Assembly (NCBI GenBank): GCA_004022145.1
Contig: RCNU01000001.1
DNA length: 64,000 nucleotides
Reading direction: 5' to 3' (one strand)
Origin: Paecilomyces variotii
Taxonomy: Eukaryota
Part shown: one piece after another, positions 35,557 to 49,164 of the stretch
Position numbering within the stretch: position 1 is the stretch's first letter
Layout of the letters: each line of letters begins with the position of its first letter
The notes under the pieces: generated by a model
Databases searched by the model: none
Seen by the model: only the letters and a program-made list of their open reading frames with translations
What the model was told of the DNA's origin: nothing
Translations under genes and position numbers: made by a program

Positions 35557-38500
35557 ATGGACACCAGAACGACGATGGGAGACAATCACCCCGATGAGCG
35601 CAGGGTCCGTGAGCTGTATCGCTACTTTCAGCCCTCCAACCCGGCCGCGCTCAACGAGGGCTGCGAGATCTACCCCGACGATCTGGTCACTGAAGCCACT
35701 GCCGCCGCCTCCGTGCTGGTCGACAGCTTGGGGGATCGTTCCAGTCCCAATGCCACTCTCACGTCGCTGGCGCAGTTGGCAGCGTTGCGTCTGAATGCCC
35801 AGCGCGCCTTGATTAGGTATTCTTTAAATGATTCTGTTCCTCCTTGTGTGTCTGTGTGTTGATTTCCTCCCTCCCAGTGTTGTGGACCGTGAAACACAAT
35901 ATTTTATCGCCGAAGCCACCAGGTCGCTCAATCTCCGCGACCCCTCCAAGTACGAGAACGAGGAAGATGTCCTCTGGGCTGGATGTTCCGCCGTCTCCCG
36001 GAAAGGCAAGTTGTGCGAGGTGAGTACAGAGGAGCACTCAATGGAGGATAGAAGAGGGATGAATAAAATGACATGCAACCCGCCGTTGCTGATAGAAGTG
36101 CTACTAGACTACTATCGCATTGCCCCCCTCAGATCGCGACCAGTATTCGTTCTATATCGTCAATGATCTCAACGAAGACGATGCATATAAAAAATTGCCA
36201 CTGCCCGCCCCCTCGTCCCCCTTCCGATTCTACGCAGGCACGCCATTGACAACGACGAAGAAGGAAAATATCGGGACCTTTTTCGTGCTAGACACGGAAC
36301 CGCGAAATGGTCTGACGGATAGTGAGAAGTCGACCATGGGGACGCTCGCCACCTTGGTCATGGACTACCTGAGAGTCAGCCGGCAAGCATCAGAGGGACG
36401 GCGCGCCGCACGATTATCCCATGGGCTAGCCTGTTTTGTTGAGGGGAGCTCCAGTCTGGTTAATACGCCTTCGACCAAGACTCTCAAGCTGCCAACTCCG
36501 TTAACCTCTGCGGGAACATCTCGCGCCGATTCCTTGTGTACCAACACCCCGCCTTTATCCTCACGCGGCCGTGGAAGCAGTAGAGAGGGTGGTGCCGGTA
36601 GGTCACGCAGCGGTGGTGCAGAGTTGGAACGGTGCAGCACTGTGTCGGAAGAGAAGGCGGAAACGGGTTCATCCGACATAACGCTGCCCGAATGGCTCAA
36701 CGGCAAAGGTGAAGCGAAAATCGGGCCGGAGGAGGTGCATGGCAATCTGTGGGCGTTCCGGAGAGCGGCCAATTTGCTTCGGGAGAGTCTGGAAATCGGA
36801 CAGGAAGGCGGCGTGATTTTCTTGGAGAGCAGCTCAAGCCCCTGGCTCGATGTCGATTCGGGAAGGGATGACTACTTCGCCGAGGCCATCGCCCCAGCAC
36901 CTGTTCTGGCTGTGTCCACCAACGACGAGCCATTTGCACCGGAACCAGGGTCGACGGCGTCCTGTGAAGCAGCCAACTTCAGCCGTCGCTTTCTACAGCA
37001 GTTGCTGAAGCGTTATCCGAAGGGGAAGATCTGGAGCTTCCACGATGATCGGACTCTGTTCACGTCGGATGATGAAAAATCTCATGAGGATGCGCCGGAG
37101 GACTCTCAACCCTCTGTCAAAACCACCAAAGCTCCGGAAATGAAAGCAAGGGAGAAAAAGAAGTGGAAATCGACAGAAACTGCAATGCTCAACGCCTACT
37201 TCCCCGGTGCTAATCAGATCCTCTTCGTCCCTCTCTGGAACCCTGCCAGTTCCCAGTGGTTCGCCGGGTGCTTCTGCTGGAACAAGGTCGAGACGCAAGT
37301 TTTCTCCTCTGCAGTGGAGCTGAGCTCAGTGATGGGCTTTGGCTCGTCCATCATGGCAGAATGCAGCCGCGTGGAGTCTTTGATCGCGGATCGCCAGAAG
37401 GGGGATTTCATCGGCAGCATTTCACATGAGCTACGAAGCCCTCTTCATGGCATCCTAGCCGCCGCAGAGTTCCTCGATGGGACGCACCTCAACGATTTCC
37501 AGAAATCCCTACTGGATACGATCAATGCCTGCGGACGGACGCTGCTGGATACGATGAATCAGGTCCTAGATTTCAGCAAGATTGTGGCACTGGAAAAGAG
37601 CTGGCGATTGATGAGACGTAGCAAGGACACGCCACGGGAGATCAAGAGCTCCGAGAATATTTCTGCTTACTTGGATACGTACGTCGCAACGGATGTGGCG
37701 CTCTTAGCGGAAGAAGTGGTGGAAGGTGTCTGTCTGGGTCACTCGTATGGGCGAGTCAGCACGGCAGGCGACGTGGCTCTCCCCGGCGACCGCGATAGTC
37801 GATCCCTGTCGCAGCTTCGAGAAGCCAGCGACCGTCCTGGCCTCCAGATCATTCTCGATGTGGCCAATGGGGACTGGACTTATAAGACTCAGCCGGGTGC
37901 GCTGCGTCGGATCATCATGAATATTTTCGGAAACGCCATGAAATATACGGATAAAGGACTGATCACAGTGCGATTGGAGTCAACAGTTATCGGAAATATC
38001 TCTCCCACGACTCCCACAGGATCAAACAAGAAAGAGATTGTCGTTGTGACCGTGTCAGACACCGGGAAGGGCATCTCAGATGAGTTCCTCCGCGGCCGCC
38101 TATACACGCCTTTTGCTCAAGAAGATACCTTGGCTGTTGGAACAGGCATGGGCTTGTCTATCGTACGGAGCATCGTCAAGACTCTTGGTGGCAGCATTCA
38201 TATTCGCAGTCGCCCCGGGGAGGGTACCACTGTCAGAGTGTCATTGCCCCTAGGGCGACCAGGAGTAGATGACGTTGTACCGGAGACGCCCCGATTGCAG
38301 AGGAGCCCAAAGGATATGTGCGTCGCACTCCGTCAGCTCCAGGAGAGTTACAAGGGTCGGAAAGTTGCCATCTATGGGTATAACTCAGAGTCTGTTCACG
38401 CTGATACGGACCGGCTGACTATTCTTGCGCGCTATGTCACCGATTGGTTTGGTCTGGATCTTGTCAATTGGCCGCCTACCTGCCCGATCGATGTTCTTCT

Positions 38501-39583
38501 TGCAGACGAAAATGTCAACGTCGAGGATGTGAAACACCAGGTTCCGGCATATCTACCATGTGTTCTGATCCTCTGGAGCAATACGATCAACTACAACAAG
38601 ACAACCAGAGATTGGTCAACCCTTGCGACTTTCGTGGACTTTATCCACAGGCCGACAGGGCCCCATAAACTGTCCAGAGCTCTTGTCCGATGTCTGGGGC
38701 GATCTCGGGCCCCGCTTCCCATTTCCAAGACAGTGCAGGATCAACGCACTATGCTGTTGGAAAATGCAGGGCCAACGGGCCTGTCGCCAGACGATCAACC
38801 GAAGACGGCAGGTAGATCGAAGAGTTCAGATGTTTCGCAGCGATCACAGACGAGCTCACCTCAGGAGGGCATCACATCACCGGCTGCGCCTGGTGTGACA
38901 GATCTGTCTTATCCAACGTCATCGGGAGATTCACAGCGCTCTCTCGAAATTCGGGAAGGACGGTTTGCAAGGAGATCCCTACCCACGGTCCCCATCATTG
39001 ATACAGAAAACCCTCTTGCTGCTCGCCCACCTGCGCCTTCTCTGTCAGGTAGAAGTAGCTCCGTTGAATCCAACCGGGCCACACGAGTCCTTGTCGTGGA
39101 TGACAACCGAATCAATCTGCGGTTGATGCTCACATTCATGAAGAAACGAGACTTCGCCGTTTTGGATGCGGCTGAAAATGGCAAGATGGCAGTCGATGCC
39201 GTGGAGCGCATGCAGGAGGGGTACAATATTATCTTTATGGGTAAGTGGGACATTTCTTTGTTGGGTATGAAATTTATCAGAGTACTAACTGTGTTTTAGA
39301 CATCTCGATGCCTGTGATGAACGGTTTCGAAGCGACACGAGCGATTCGCGCTCTAGAGAGAGAGCGTGACGGCTGTGGCCCTGCCACGATCATCGCGCTA
39401 ACTGGACTGACGAGTGCTCGCGACGAGACCGAAGCACTATCGTCAGGAGTGGATCTGTTCCTGACCAAGCCAATTTCTTTCAAAGAAGTCTCTCGGCTAT
39501 TAGACGAATGGCAGCAGAAGCCACGTGATGGATTGCTCTCCCCGTCTTCCGAGGAGGACAAAGAGCAAGAGAAAAAGTCATAA
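35557..39583 (+). CDS. Hybrid sensor histidine kinase (GAF-like, HisKA, HATPase, receiver); exons 35557-35816, 35878-36019, 36108-39240, 39300-39583
   Basis: GAF-like RFYAGTPL; H-box ISHELRSPLHG; N-box GNAMKYT; G1 DTGKG; G2 GTGMGL; receiver VLVVDDN...FMDISMPVMNG...KP. Confidence 0.95.
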
Positions 39584-41858
39584 TAATACGTTACGCACCG
39601 GCTGTAGATCAGCCGATGTTTTATGAGTTGATATCACGAGCATACGGGGGGATGGTATCAGCGGCGTTCTGGTGCATTGACTCTACTGAATTTTTCATCA
39701 GGGGTATCTGTTTACGGGGGCTGAAGGGAGGTTTCCCTTCTCCAGCACCCTGAAGGTACACGGATCACTTGGTTTCGGAAATGATAGCCATTGAGCATAT
39801 ACGTGGGGGCCTTTTACCATTTGCGTGCAATCTTTCGACACTCGTCTCTTGATATACGTATATATTTTTATCTTCCTCAAATGGATACCCACAGGGCGAG
39901 GACACTTTGTAGTTGATTCTTTCTTCACATTGTTCCTTGATGTTGGTAGATGGTTGCAGAAGGCTGTTTACGATGTGACTATAGAACACGATATGATAGT
40001 ATACCACCATACTACTAAAAGGTATTCCTATAATGACTCCCAAATTCAGATCCCTCTTATTAGCAAAGAAACCAACATATTCTTTCTCCAATATCTAATA
40101 ACCCCTACTCTCCCTAAATGTCTTCTCAAACCCGTCAAGTATATTTGTCTCGTTGGGCGTTCACGATGATGGTGATGTGTGGACGGCACTGCCCGGGGGT
40201 TATTCCTATGTTACAGTAGTTACATACAACCCAATGACCTGCCGGCCGTTTCTGCCTAGTCGCAACAGTTGGCTTCCTCATCGACTTTCCCTTGTTCCAA
40301 TCCTCGGAATTAACCCACTAGAAACTTGGCTACGTACGAGTAAACTTTGCACTCTGGACGAGTTTACGATGCAACCACGACGGTGCTAAGTACCACCTAA
40401 GTTTGGATAGCATTGAGCCGCGCTACCTATGCAATGAATGTAACAAGGAACACCGGTTCCCTTAGTCGAACGAACCATTCTTCCCGCGTTTAGGTAGGTA
40501 CTCTTGCGATGTTTCACTGAGGTGGATAGTCGATTAAGAAGCAAGGGAAATCGTTTGGATGTACAGAACCATTCTAAGACATGATCTTGTGTGCTAATCT
40601 CTAACAGGTATGGAAAAGGCAAGTTACGCCCTACGTACTTAGCTGCTCAACGACGGACCCGAGTCTACACCAACAATTCGGCTCAATCAATGTCTTAGAC
40701 TCACGGGAAGTCAAGCGGTCACCGAGAGGTCCGACAAGTAGTAGGATCCCGAGCCCCCCGTGTGATTATTATTATTGCATTGAATCGGTGTAATAGACAT
40801 TTGACACCTTCCTATTTTTGTCCTGCGTACAGAGGGCCGCGGAGAATGTTGTGTGATCATGTCCGAACCGGCCAAAAAGGGTGGCGAAAGAAGGAGCAAC
40901 ATTGGATTAAAAAGAGCTTAATATTGTAGGTATATTGAGGCTGAGCCACCGATTCCCCCACATTGCGGGAAAAGGCGCCACAATACTTACTTATTTAGTG
41001 GGAAAAAGTTAATCGGAAATCAACTTTGATCCTGCATAGCTTGAAATCGCAGGGATGAAATAATGTCCCTATCCCTACGATTGGGTATCTCATTTCGAGA
41101 TTAGTTCGTCCAGTTCACAGGGACTAGTTAACTAGTAGTATGTATTGGGCCATCGGGAGAAATCTGCATCGTGGCAATACTACCAAGTACACTGACGGTT
41201 ACCTCCCTAGAACAGCAATAAAAATCTTTATCCTGACGTAGGGATATCAACGGTGAGGAATTGACGATACCCTCGACCGTGTTTCGAAAAGTTGATCCAT
41301 CAAACGACCTCGACTGAGGCAAAAAAGAAACCCATGCGTGATGTCACGTTGGAGTTCGACGAAGCCACTGCCACAGCCTCGATGAAGACTGCATTTCCGC
41401 ATCTAGTAATCGGTATCCATTCCATGTGGTCCAAGACACAACCTAAACTAGAAAACTCGCAACTTGGTCTCGTTAAGGAAAAGCTAGTGCCCCCGCAAGT
41501 TAAACTGGTCATCAATTCTATTGGCATCGCTCCGTACTGGCTGGGGATCCCGTCCCAAGGAGTGTGTGTATTCTTAGAAAAATATGATACTTTATTCGGA
41601 GAATAACTGTTCGTGACATCACATTTTTGCTCCTGTCAGCGATGATAATTCCAACATTGTATACAAAAAGACCCATGTTACATAGGATCGAAGGAGTGCT
41701 CGAGAATTATAAAAGGGCCATCGATACCCTGCCTTTTGGGATCATCATCAACGACAACGACAACGCAGATCTACTCAGCAATCACTCAATCTTCCCACAA
41801 CTCTTGATAAAATCATCCTTCTCAAGTGCCAACTCTTCTTCATACCAACACACTCAAA

Positions 41859-42449
41859 ATGAAAGCCTTCACTACTATCGCTGCTCTCCTCCCCCTCCTA
41901 GCCGCCGCCGGTCCCCTGAAGAGACAAGACACCACCACCACACCTCCCTTCACCGTCGTCGCCGTCCGCTCCGGCTCTCCCATCCAATACCTCACTCTCG
42001 AAGCTCGCGAGGGCAAATTCTGGCTCGGTGGAAACCCCGGCACTTACTGCCCTGAGACAATCACCTCTTGCCCTCCCGGCAACGAGACCGTCATCGCTGG
42101 TATCAACGGTCTAGATGTCGCTGTCCCCGGCGGCCAGCGGATCTACGCTGCTCCCTCCGGCGAGCTGGGCTTCACTCAGGCTCACTCCGCCAGCATCCCC
42201 GCCGGCGCTGCTACTGGTCCCTTCGAGTATGAGCATGATGGTGCCATTGCCAAGTGGTCCTTCTCAGGTCTTGGTGCTAATGGTTTCGTCGCCTGTCCGA
42301 TCGGAGAGGGCAGCAGCACCCAGTGGCAGGTGTATGCTAATGTTCCGAACCTCCAGGCTCCTAATGGAAATGCTAACGCCTGTCTGGGCTTCGATACTAT
42401 CGCTGAGACTTGGACTGGCACTGGTGCTGCTGCTTGGGAGTATATCTAG
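41859..42449 (+). CDS. Secreted PhiA-like / 'IgE-binding' cell-wall protein
   Basis: Signal peptide and KR site; RSGSPIQY, VAVPGGQRIY, GELGFTQAHSA, FVACP, WEY. TATA-like TATAAAA near 41708. Confidence 0.85.
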   Translation: MKAFTTIAALLPLLAAAGPLKRQDTTTTPPFTVVAVRSGSPIQYLTLEAREGKFWLGGNPGTYCPETITSCPPGNETVIAGINGLDVAVPGGQRIYAAPSGELGFTQAHSASIPAGAATGPFEYEHDGAIAKWSFSGLGANGFVACPIGEGSSTQWQVYANVPNLQAPNGNANACLGFDTIAETWTGTGAAAWEYI

Positions 42450-42543
42450 ATTATGAATGAAATTGTCTGGATGGATAATCCCCGGGAATAACGCAGGCAG
42501 AAGAAGGGACATAACCTTTTCATCTCGATCAATTTACAATTGG

Positions 42544-42612
42544 TCTTTGTTTTTTTCTTTTCTTTTTTATTTTTCTTTTTTATTTTTATTTTTATTTTTT
42601 TTTTTTCTCTCT
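42544..42612. repeat. Poly-T / (TTTTTA)n low-complexity tract
   Basis: About 70 nt of near-pure T with periodic A or C, 3' of the PhiA-like gene. Confidence 0.7.
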
Positions 42613-43462
42613 CCTCGTTTCTTTCCTGTATATCATATATTACTGAACCACTTTGTCCTGTTGTGAATAATATTCCGCATATCACAGCAGAAAGGCGGGA
42701 CGGTATCCCACTCCTTTTACTAATGTTCTGCATTTGTGGCTTTTTTTTGGCATACGCCCCTGTACTATAAGATCAACTACACGACATTCCCTAATGAGCA
42801 TAGCATAGCATAAGCATGAGAATGACAATATAGTTCATCGCAATCATTACTGATTAAAAGAAAAAAGTGATAAATTTCCCTAGATATCCCAATCTAACTA
42901 AGCAAGAACTTTTCTTAAAATCTATTACTATAATACACATAACACATTCCAATGCGTCGGTTAATTTGTCGCGTTCTCACAGAACGCTGTGCGTGAAGTC
43001 TCCAATCCTGATATGACAGGGATACCTACTTAGAAGACCCGCACCGGATTTATTTCCCGGGAACTTCCAATATGCTCTTATTCCCCAGGTTCTTTTAGAC
43101 AAGCTCTCTTGAATTTGCTATTCGTAAAATCTGCATTATGTGGGATTACTAACTAACTAGTACTTAACTAATTAACTACCTAAGCGGTAGTTAAGGGCAT
43201 CGCTTAGATATGTGAACTACCTAATTACATACAGGTGCAAAAAAAACTATATCCTCTCCTCCTCTTAGCCATCGCTCTAAGATTCCATCTATCCTTAGTA
43301 GGTATCCAGCGTCACAATTTTTATCGGGGTATAACGAGGGGTGGGTATCTTCCAATGTGGAATTATCGCCGAGCGACGTTCCTTGAAAAGCGAAAATTCG
43401 AAGTCGTGGTTGCTAGCGCTGTATCTCGTGCCTGATACGACCGAAACGCACCCAGGAGTATT

Positions 43463-45192
43463 TCAAGATAAGAGCGTTGTATAACGACGATGGGCCCGGC
43501 AGACACCTTGGGTCTTGTTAAGCGAAGCCATATCCAGAGCCCACGCCATGGTACCACCAATGCATTCCTTGTTGGCATATGCCTTCTTCAAAGCAAAGGT
43601 CTCACTATCATCATATGATGCCCTGTAGTCGTTATTAGCCTTTTCTCTTATAGTAATATCACCCGAGTTTTTCATAAGGATAAACATACCATTGCTTGTC
43701 GCCCCAAGTAATGTACTTGATAGCCGCGGTCTTGTCTAGCACGGGCTTGAGGTTGTTTTGCGAAATGATAGTGTCGATCTCTGCATTGATCAGCGTACCC
43801 GCCGAGTTTGAGCATGGTCCAGCCGTTCCGGCGCCTGAGGCAGCACATCCGGGCTTCGTGCAAGAGCTGCTGCTCAATGTGAATGTGTGTCCATAATAGG
43901 CCAACCCGAGAGTCACATTGCCGGGACTAATGCCCTGGTTCCAGAGCAAGTCGAGTGCTTCGTCGATTTCTGGAAATGCATCATTAGTCTCTTGTCTTTT
44001 TAACCTTGGTCACGGGTAGATTAGGCTTACCAGTAAGATTGGTATGGGGCTGTGCTAGCAGAGGGCTATCCCACGTTCCATGAAGGTCATAGGACATAAA
44101 GTTGATCCAGTCAAGGTAGGGCTCCATAGCCTTGAGGTCATAACCTTTCAAATAGTCTGATAACCCGTCAGTATATCAAAAGGTTGGAGACAGATTCATC
44201 CACGACCAACTTACAAGCACTAGCCGGCACTGTGATGGTAATTCCTTTATTCTTCAACGAAGCCCTCATCTCCTTGGCCAAGCTCACAAAATTGGCTGTA
44301 TCGGCGGAGGAACCACCCAGATCAGTAGCAGCTGGATATTCCCAATCAATATCGATGCCATCGAATCCATACTTGTCCATGTATGCGGAAGCAGAGTTAA
44401 TGAAGGCGGTCCGGGTCGACTTCGAGGCAACCATGGTCGAGAAAGGCTTTGCGCCGAGGCCATATCCTCCGACGGCTATGTAGACCTTCAAATTCTTATT
44501 CTTCTGCTTCAGAGACATAAGTTGCTTGTAGAGGACGGTGTCATTGGAAGCCGATGGTGCAATCTGGCTACTATCATTCAGAACTGCAAACGCGAAATTG
44601 ATATGTGTCCACGCCGATGCGTCGATGTTGTACGGTAAGTATACGTCGCAGGGGCGCGTGCTAGCCCAGCTTTCGTAGTAGCCGACGGTTCGACCCGCAC
44701 TGCTATTGGGCTTGCATTGGGTACTGATCATGTCAAGTTAGTTTGATATCCACGACAAAGTAGGCAATAACGAGTTAATATGAACGACATACGCCTTACT
44801 CGACTTCTCAGTGATACAATTACTCTGGCATCCTTTACCGCAGTGGTCGGGGCCAATGCCACAGTATCTGAACGCGTTTTCGTTAGCAAGGGTAATTGGT
44901 TAGAGACTTGAGCATGGGCTATTTACCCAAATTTCGAGCAGCATTGGCCGGCAGGGCACTTCTCCCGTCCGTGCGGAGCACCCACTGTGATAAAATCAGC
45001 ATATGCTTGCAGACATTGCCCAATAATCCAGTATCAGTCAGGATACATAAGCTATCACTTACCACCACATTCAACCGCCTTCTGAGAGGTACGACGAGCC
45101 AACAAGCCGAGATCCGCAGCAGGTGTAGCAGATACCAACGACGAAAGAAGGAATATACACCATAATGCAACCGACGAGCGTAAGCGGTGCAT
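43463..45192 (-). CDS. GH18 chitinase with N-terminal CBM18 (subgroup C-like), multi-exon
   Basis: Signal peptide MHRLRSSVALWCIFLL; hevein CG..CPAGQCCSKFG/YCGIGPDHCGKGCQSNC over three exons; VGYYESW, THINFAFA, catalytic FDGIDIDWEYP, NFMSYDLHG, GGTMAWALD. Confidence 0.92.
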
Positions 45193-46170
45193 GATGACAA
45201 CGGCCTCTCTATCAGAAAAGCAGACTTGGAAAATGTGATCAAAGAGAGTATACACCGGAAGAGAAACGAATGAGAAAGACACAATAACCTCAGCCCCGAG
45301 ACCAGACAGCAAGGGACGGATGGGCAGGTGGACTTTAGAGAAACGGAGTATCCATTCTAAATAAATGAAAGAGTACGATACTCTTATACCATTTTCAAAA
45401 GTGGCCAAAACAGATCGGCAACGGCTGCTGAAGAGAAGAGATCATAAAATGTGGAGAAGCAGAGCGAAGCATCTTCATTAAGAGGCCGGACTAGGAAGAT
45501 TCGGACGGTTCACGTTCCTGGTTGCTTCTGTTTTCCCCTGGGATTGGGTACATTCCAGACAAGCATCTGGCATTCCCGATGTGGCACATGGCAACAACCC
45601 CACGAGTACAGGCCAAGCGAGCCGCTCCAAGGAAACTTAAACACTAGAGGCGAGAACAATAGATTGTATGGTAAGGTTAACCACGCCGCATAGTCATGAT
45701 TCTCTGAAGACCGTGCATCTAGACTTTGCTTTCGGTGGCTATCCGGACGGACTACTCCGCGGGGTCCTGGTGCGAGCCTATGGCATTATCTCGTAGTCTA
45801 TTCAAGCGACTGGTAGTATTCTGGGTCTCCGATATCTATAAGTGCAATATCAGCCATCAACAAATACCAATTCGGCATACGTTTGCCAACTGGGACGTTT
45901 TACGGATCAATGCAATGAGATCCTGCTCATTAGTTATTCAGGTATGAAAGTCATTGTAGCCGTGCGGCACAGACGCATGGGCGAACTTAAGTTGATTCTC
46001 GATGATCAAGAGGCATTCTTGTATATAATTTGCACATCAATTTGGTACCGTATTCTTCTATTCGCTTGATATTTCCTACCCACAGAAAATAAGCTCTTGA
46101 CAAAGTTGCGGCACGCCAGGCAAGTGCGGTCTTAGGCGACGTATGGCGCCTAATGGCCTTTCTGGTTACT

Positions 46171-48183
46171 TCAGTAGTGCCCTTCCAGGGTGAGCGTTCC
46201 GGTCTTCGTAATAAGATACTCTGCGACGGCGACATCCTTCCCGCTCTCCTTTCCATATCCGGACTCCTTGATGCCACCAAATGGTGACTCCGCAGCCGAC
46301 GAGTTGCCTATTGATCATTAGCCCAAAGGCCAGACTCTGGGGGAAACGCGGAACAAGATGAAACTGTCATATCCACTCACCTGTGTTCATGCCGATCATA
46401 CCAGCTTCTAAGTTCTCCAACATCCGCCACATTCGGTCAATATTCTTAGTGAATGCATAGCTGGCTAACCCCATACTGGTATCGTTTGCGAGTTTGACTG
46501 CTTCTTCCTCCGTTTCGAACTTGTAGAGCGCAGCAATTGGCGCAAAGGATTCTTCGTGCGAGATCAACATGTCCTTGGTCATGTCAGTGATGATGGTTGG
46601 CTCGAAAAAGTAGCCGCCCTTGTCTGTGATTCGATTGCCGCCGAGGATGATGTTCGCTCCCAGTTTGCGTGCATCTTCAACTTGGCTGGCAGCTTTGTCT
46701 AGACCACGCGGGGTCGTAACAGGCCCCATCGTCGTGTCTTTTGCCGCACCATGGCCCACGACAAGCTTGCTCGTGCGCTCCTTGAGCAACTGGGCGAATT
46801 TGTCGTAGACACCAGACTGGACATAGATACGGTTTGCCGTGATACATGCCTGGCCAGCATGTCGCCACTTCAAGGCCATGAGGTGTTCGAGAGCCTGGTC
46901 CAGATTGGCATCGTCGAAAATGATGAACGGGCAGTTTCCACCTAGTTCGAGGGTGACCTTCTTCAAACCTTGGGCGCAGTGAGACGCAATCAACTTTCCT
47001 ACACGCGTGGAACCGGTGAAGGTGACCTTTTTAACGAGTGGGTGCTTGCACAGTACTTCACTAAGTGAAGGAGTGTTTTCCAGGTCTGTTGTGAGGACAT
47101 TGAACACGCCAGCTGGGAATCCAGCCTTCTGGGCCAGATGTGCCAGTACCAGGACACTGAGAGGCGTCTCAGGGCTAGGCTTCACAATCATAGTGCAGCC
47201 TGCAGCCAATGCAGCACCAGCCTTGCGGAGGACCATCGCAATAGGGAAGTTCCACGGAACCAGGGCCGCAGCGACGCCGATGGGCTGCTTCACGGTGAAG
47301 ACTCGCCTTCCTGGAGCAGCAGGGACCGAGATGCCTCCATGGATTCTCTCAGCTTCCCCGGCAAACCACCAAGTGAAGCCGGTCGCGTAGTCTATCTCTC
47401 CAAACGACTCAGCCATCGGTTTTCCCGTTTCATGCGTTAGGATCTTAGCAATATCGCTCCTCGCGGCACGAATGAGCTGGTCCCATTTCAGAAGCCACTG
47501 TGCCCGCTGGCGGGGGTTGACTTTCTTATACTGCTCGAATGCCGCATGAGCAGCCTCAACTGCAGCAGGAACATCTTCTGTAGTGTTTGTTGGGCAACTA
47601 GCCCAGGCAATATCGGTTCCGGGGTCTCTCATCTGTCAGCAGTTGCTCGCTGGTCCCAGATGTAAATGAATTGATGTAGCGAGACTCACCGACCACCTCA
47701 AATCGGGCTCCCTTTGACGCCTGAACCCATTGATTGTTGACGAAAGAGTCAGATTTTAGGAGGTCCGGATCTTCCAGCTGTATATATTATTAGAGAGGTT
47801 AGTGGAATGGCCTCGATATCAATGACTGGAAAACTCTTGCAGATGCGCGAATAGCTAGAACAAATACAATGAGGAATATATATTATCCCCAGGTCAATCC
47901 AAGAATATTCATCTCATTCATCACAAACCGATCCATAGACCAAACTTAAAAAACGACTGCATCTTAATTCCAAAGATACCAGAGCAAAGCATCAAGGTCA
48001 TCATTATACAAGTTCGTCTTTCGACAACTGTCATGTACTTATCCGTCGGACAATAGCCCGATGCCCCTTCGGGTCACCAGTGCGGGGTTAAGTCGAATGC
48101 CCACAACAGAAAGATGAACGAGATAAAGACAAGAACAGAGAGCCATTACTCACCTCAAAGGGTACCTTGTATTGCTTCGCCAT
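46171..48183 (-). CDS. uga2: Succinate-semialdehyde dehydrogenase (ALDH5 family); first exon 48183-48154, long intron 47778-48153
   Basis: PWNFP, KPSPETP, FTGST, LELGGN, AGQACI, EESFAP, SPFGGIKESGYGKE. Confidence 0.9.
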
Positions 48184-49164
48184 GTTTGATCGCTTTTCTG
48201 GAGTAAGGTCGGTTTCTTGAAAGAATTCTTTGGCTGACAATAACGAAAAGGATCAAGAAAGACAAACCAAATAACCCCTCACGATCGAATCCGGCCTAAG
48301 AAATGGGCTGTCATACTTCCCAAGCTTAACTGTTCGGAGACAATCCGCATCCCATGAACTGACAGGACTCAAAACACTTTAGATGGCGGGCCGAGGCCGT
48401 TCAGTTCGACGCAACCCCGCAGATCATCGGCTCGATTCGAGTAAGGATTTCCTTGTCTTGACGTTTTGGCCGTGGCATGAACAGTGAGCTTCAGTTCCGT
48501 TTTGCGCGTCCCCCTGCTCAGTACGAAGAAGTGCGTCTGGCGCGTTCTGCATGTATCCTGAAGAGAATTCTGTTTGTCCTAATGCCACATAACTTGCCGG
48601 GGATATCGAACTCGGTCCGACCTGAGGCATTAGACCCCGCCTTTGTCCAAGATCTTCTGTTGACTGACTACATGGTTCGCCCATTCCATCCCCATATCGG
48701 TTCTCTATCGAATTTGAAGAACACGTGCATATCAACTACAGCTCTAACCTCGGAAAGGGCCACCGACTAATGGTAGCGGGGGATCACCTGCATTACAAAC
48801 CAAGTAACAAGTTGAAGTGTGAATTTCTGTAGTGAGGGTATCCTATGAGAAATAGCGCCTTTAACGTCTGTAGGAAATAAACAGCAAAAGGGTATCATAA
48901 TGGTTGGCGCGGTATGCCCATTCATCACCTGGATCGCAGCCACTTGGAACATTCAGAAAGCTCCTAGATACCGACTGCGAACGATGAAATTCAATAGTCG
49001 ACACCGCAGCACGATCCATGTCTCGAGGCCTTGGCAATATGGCTTCTCAAAGCAAGGCCAAGGTATCGCAAAGAGCACCGCCTAGCTCTCGCGTAAGTCG
49101 AGTGAAAGTTGGTGCAATAAAGTATATTTTGAATAACGACGCGGTGGTAGTATCAATAAGAGGT

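Noticed and set aside
42457-42770. Phe-rich and Lys-rich short ORFs
   Set aside because: Artefacts of the poly-T tract.
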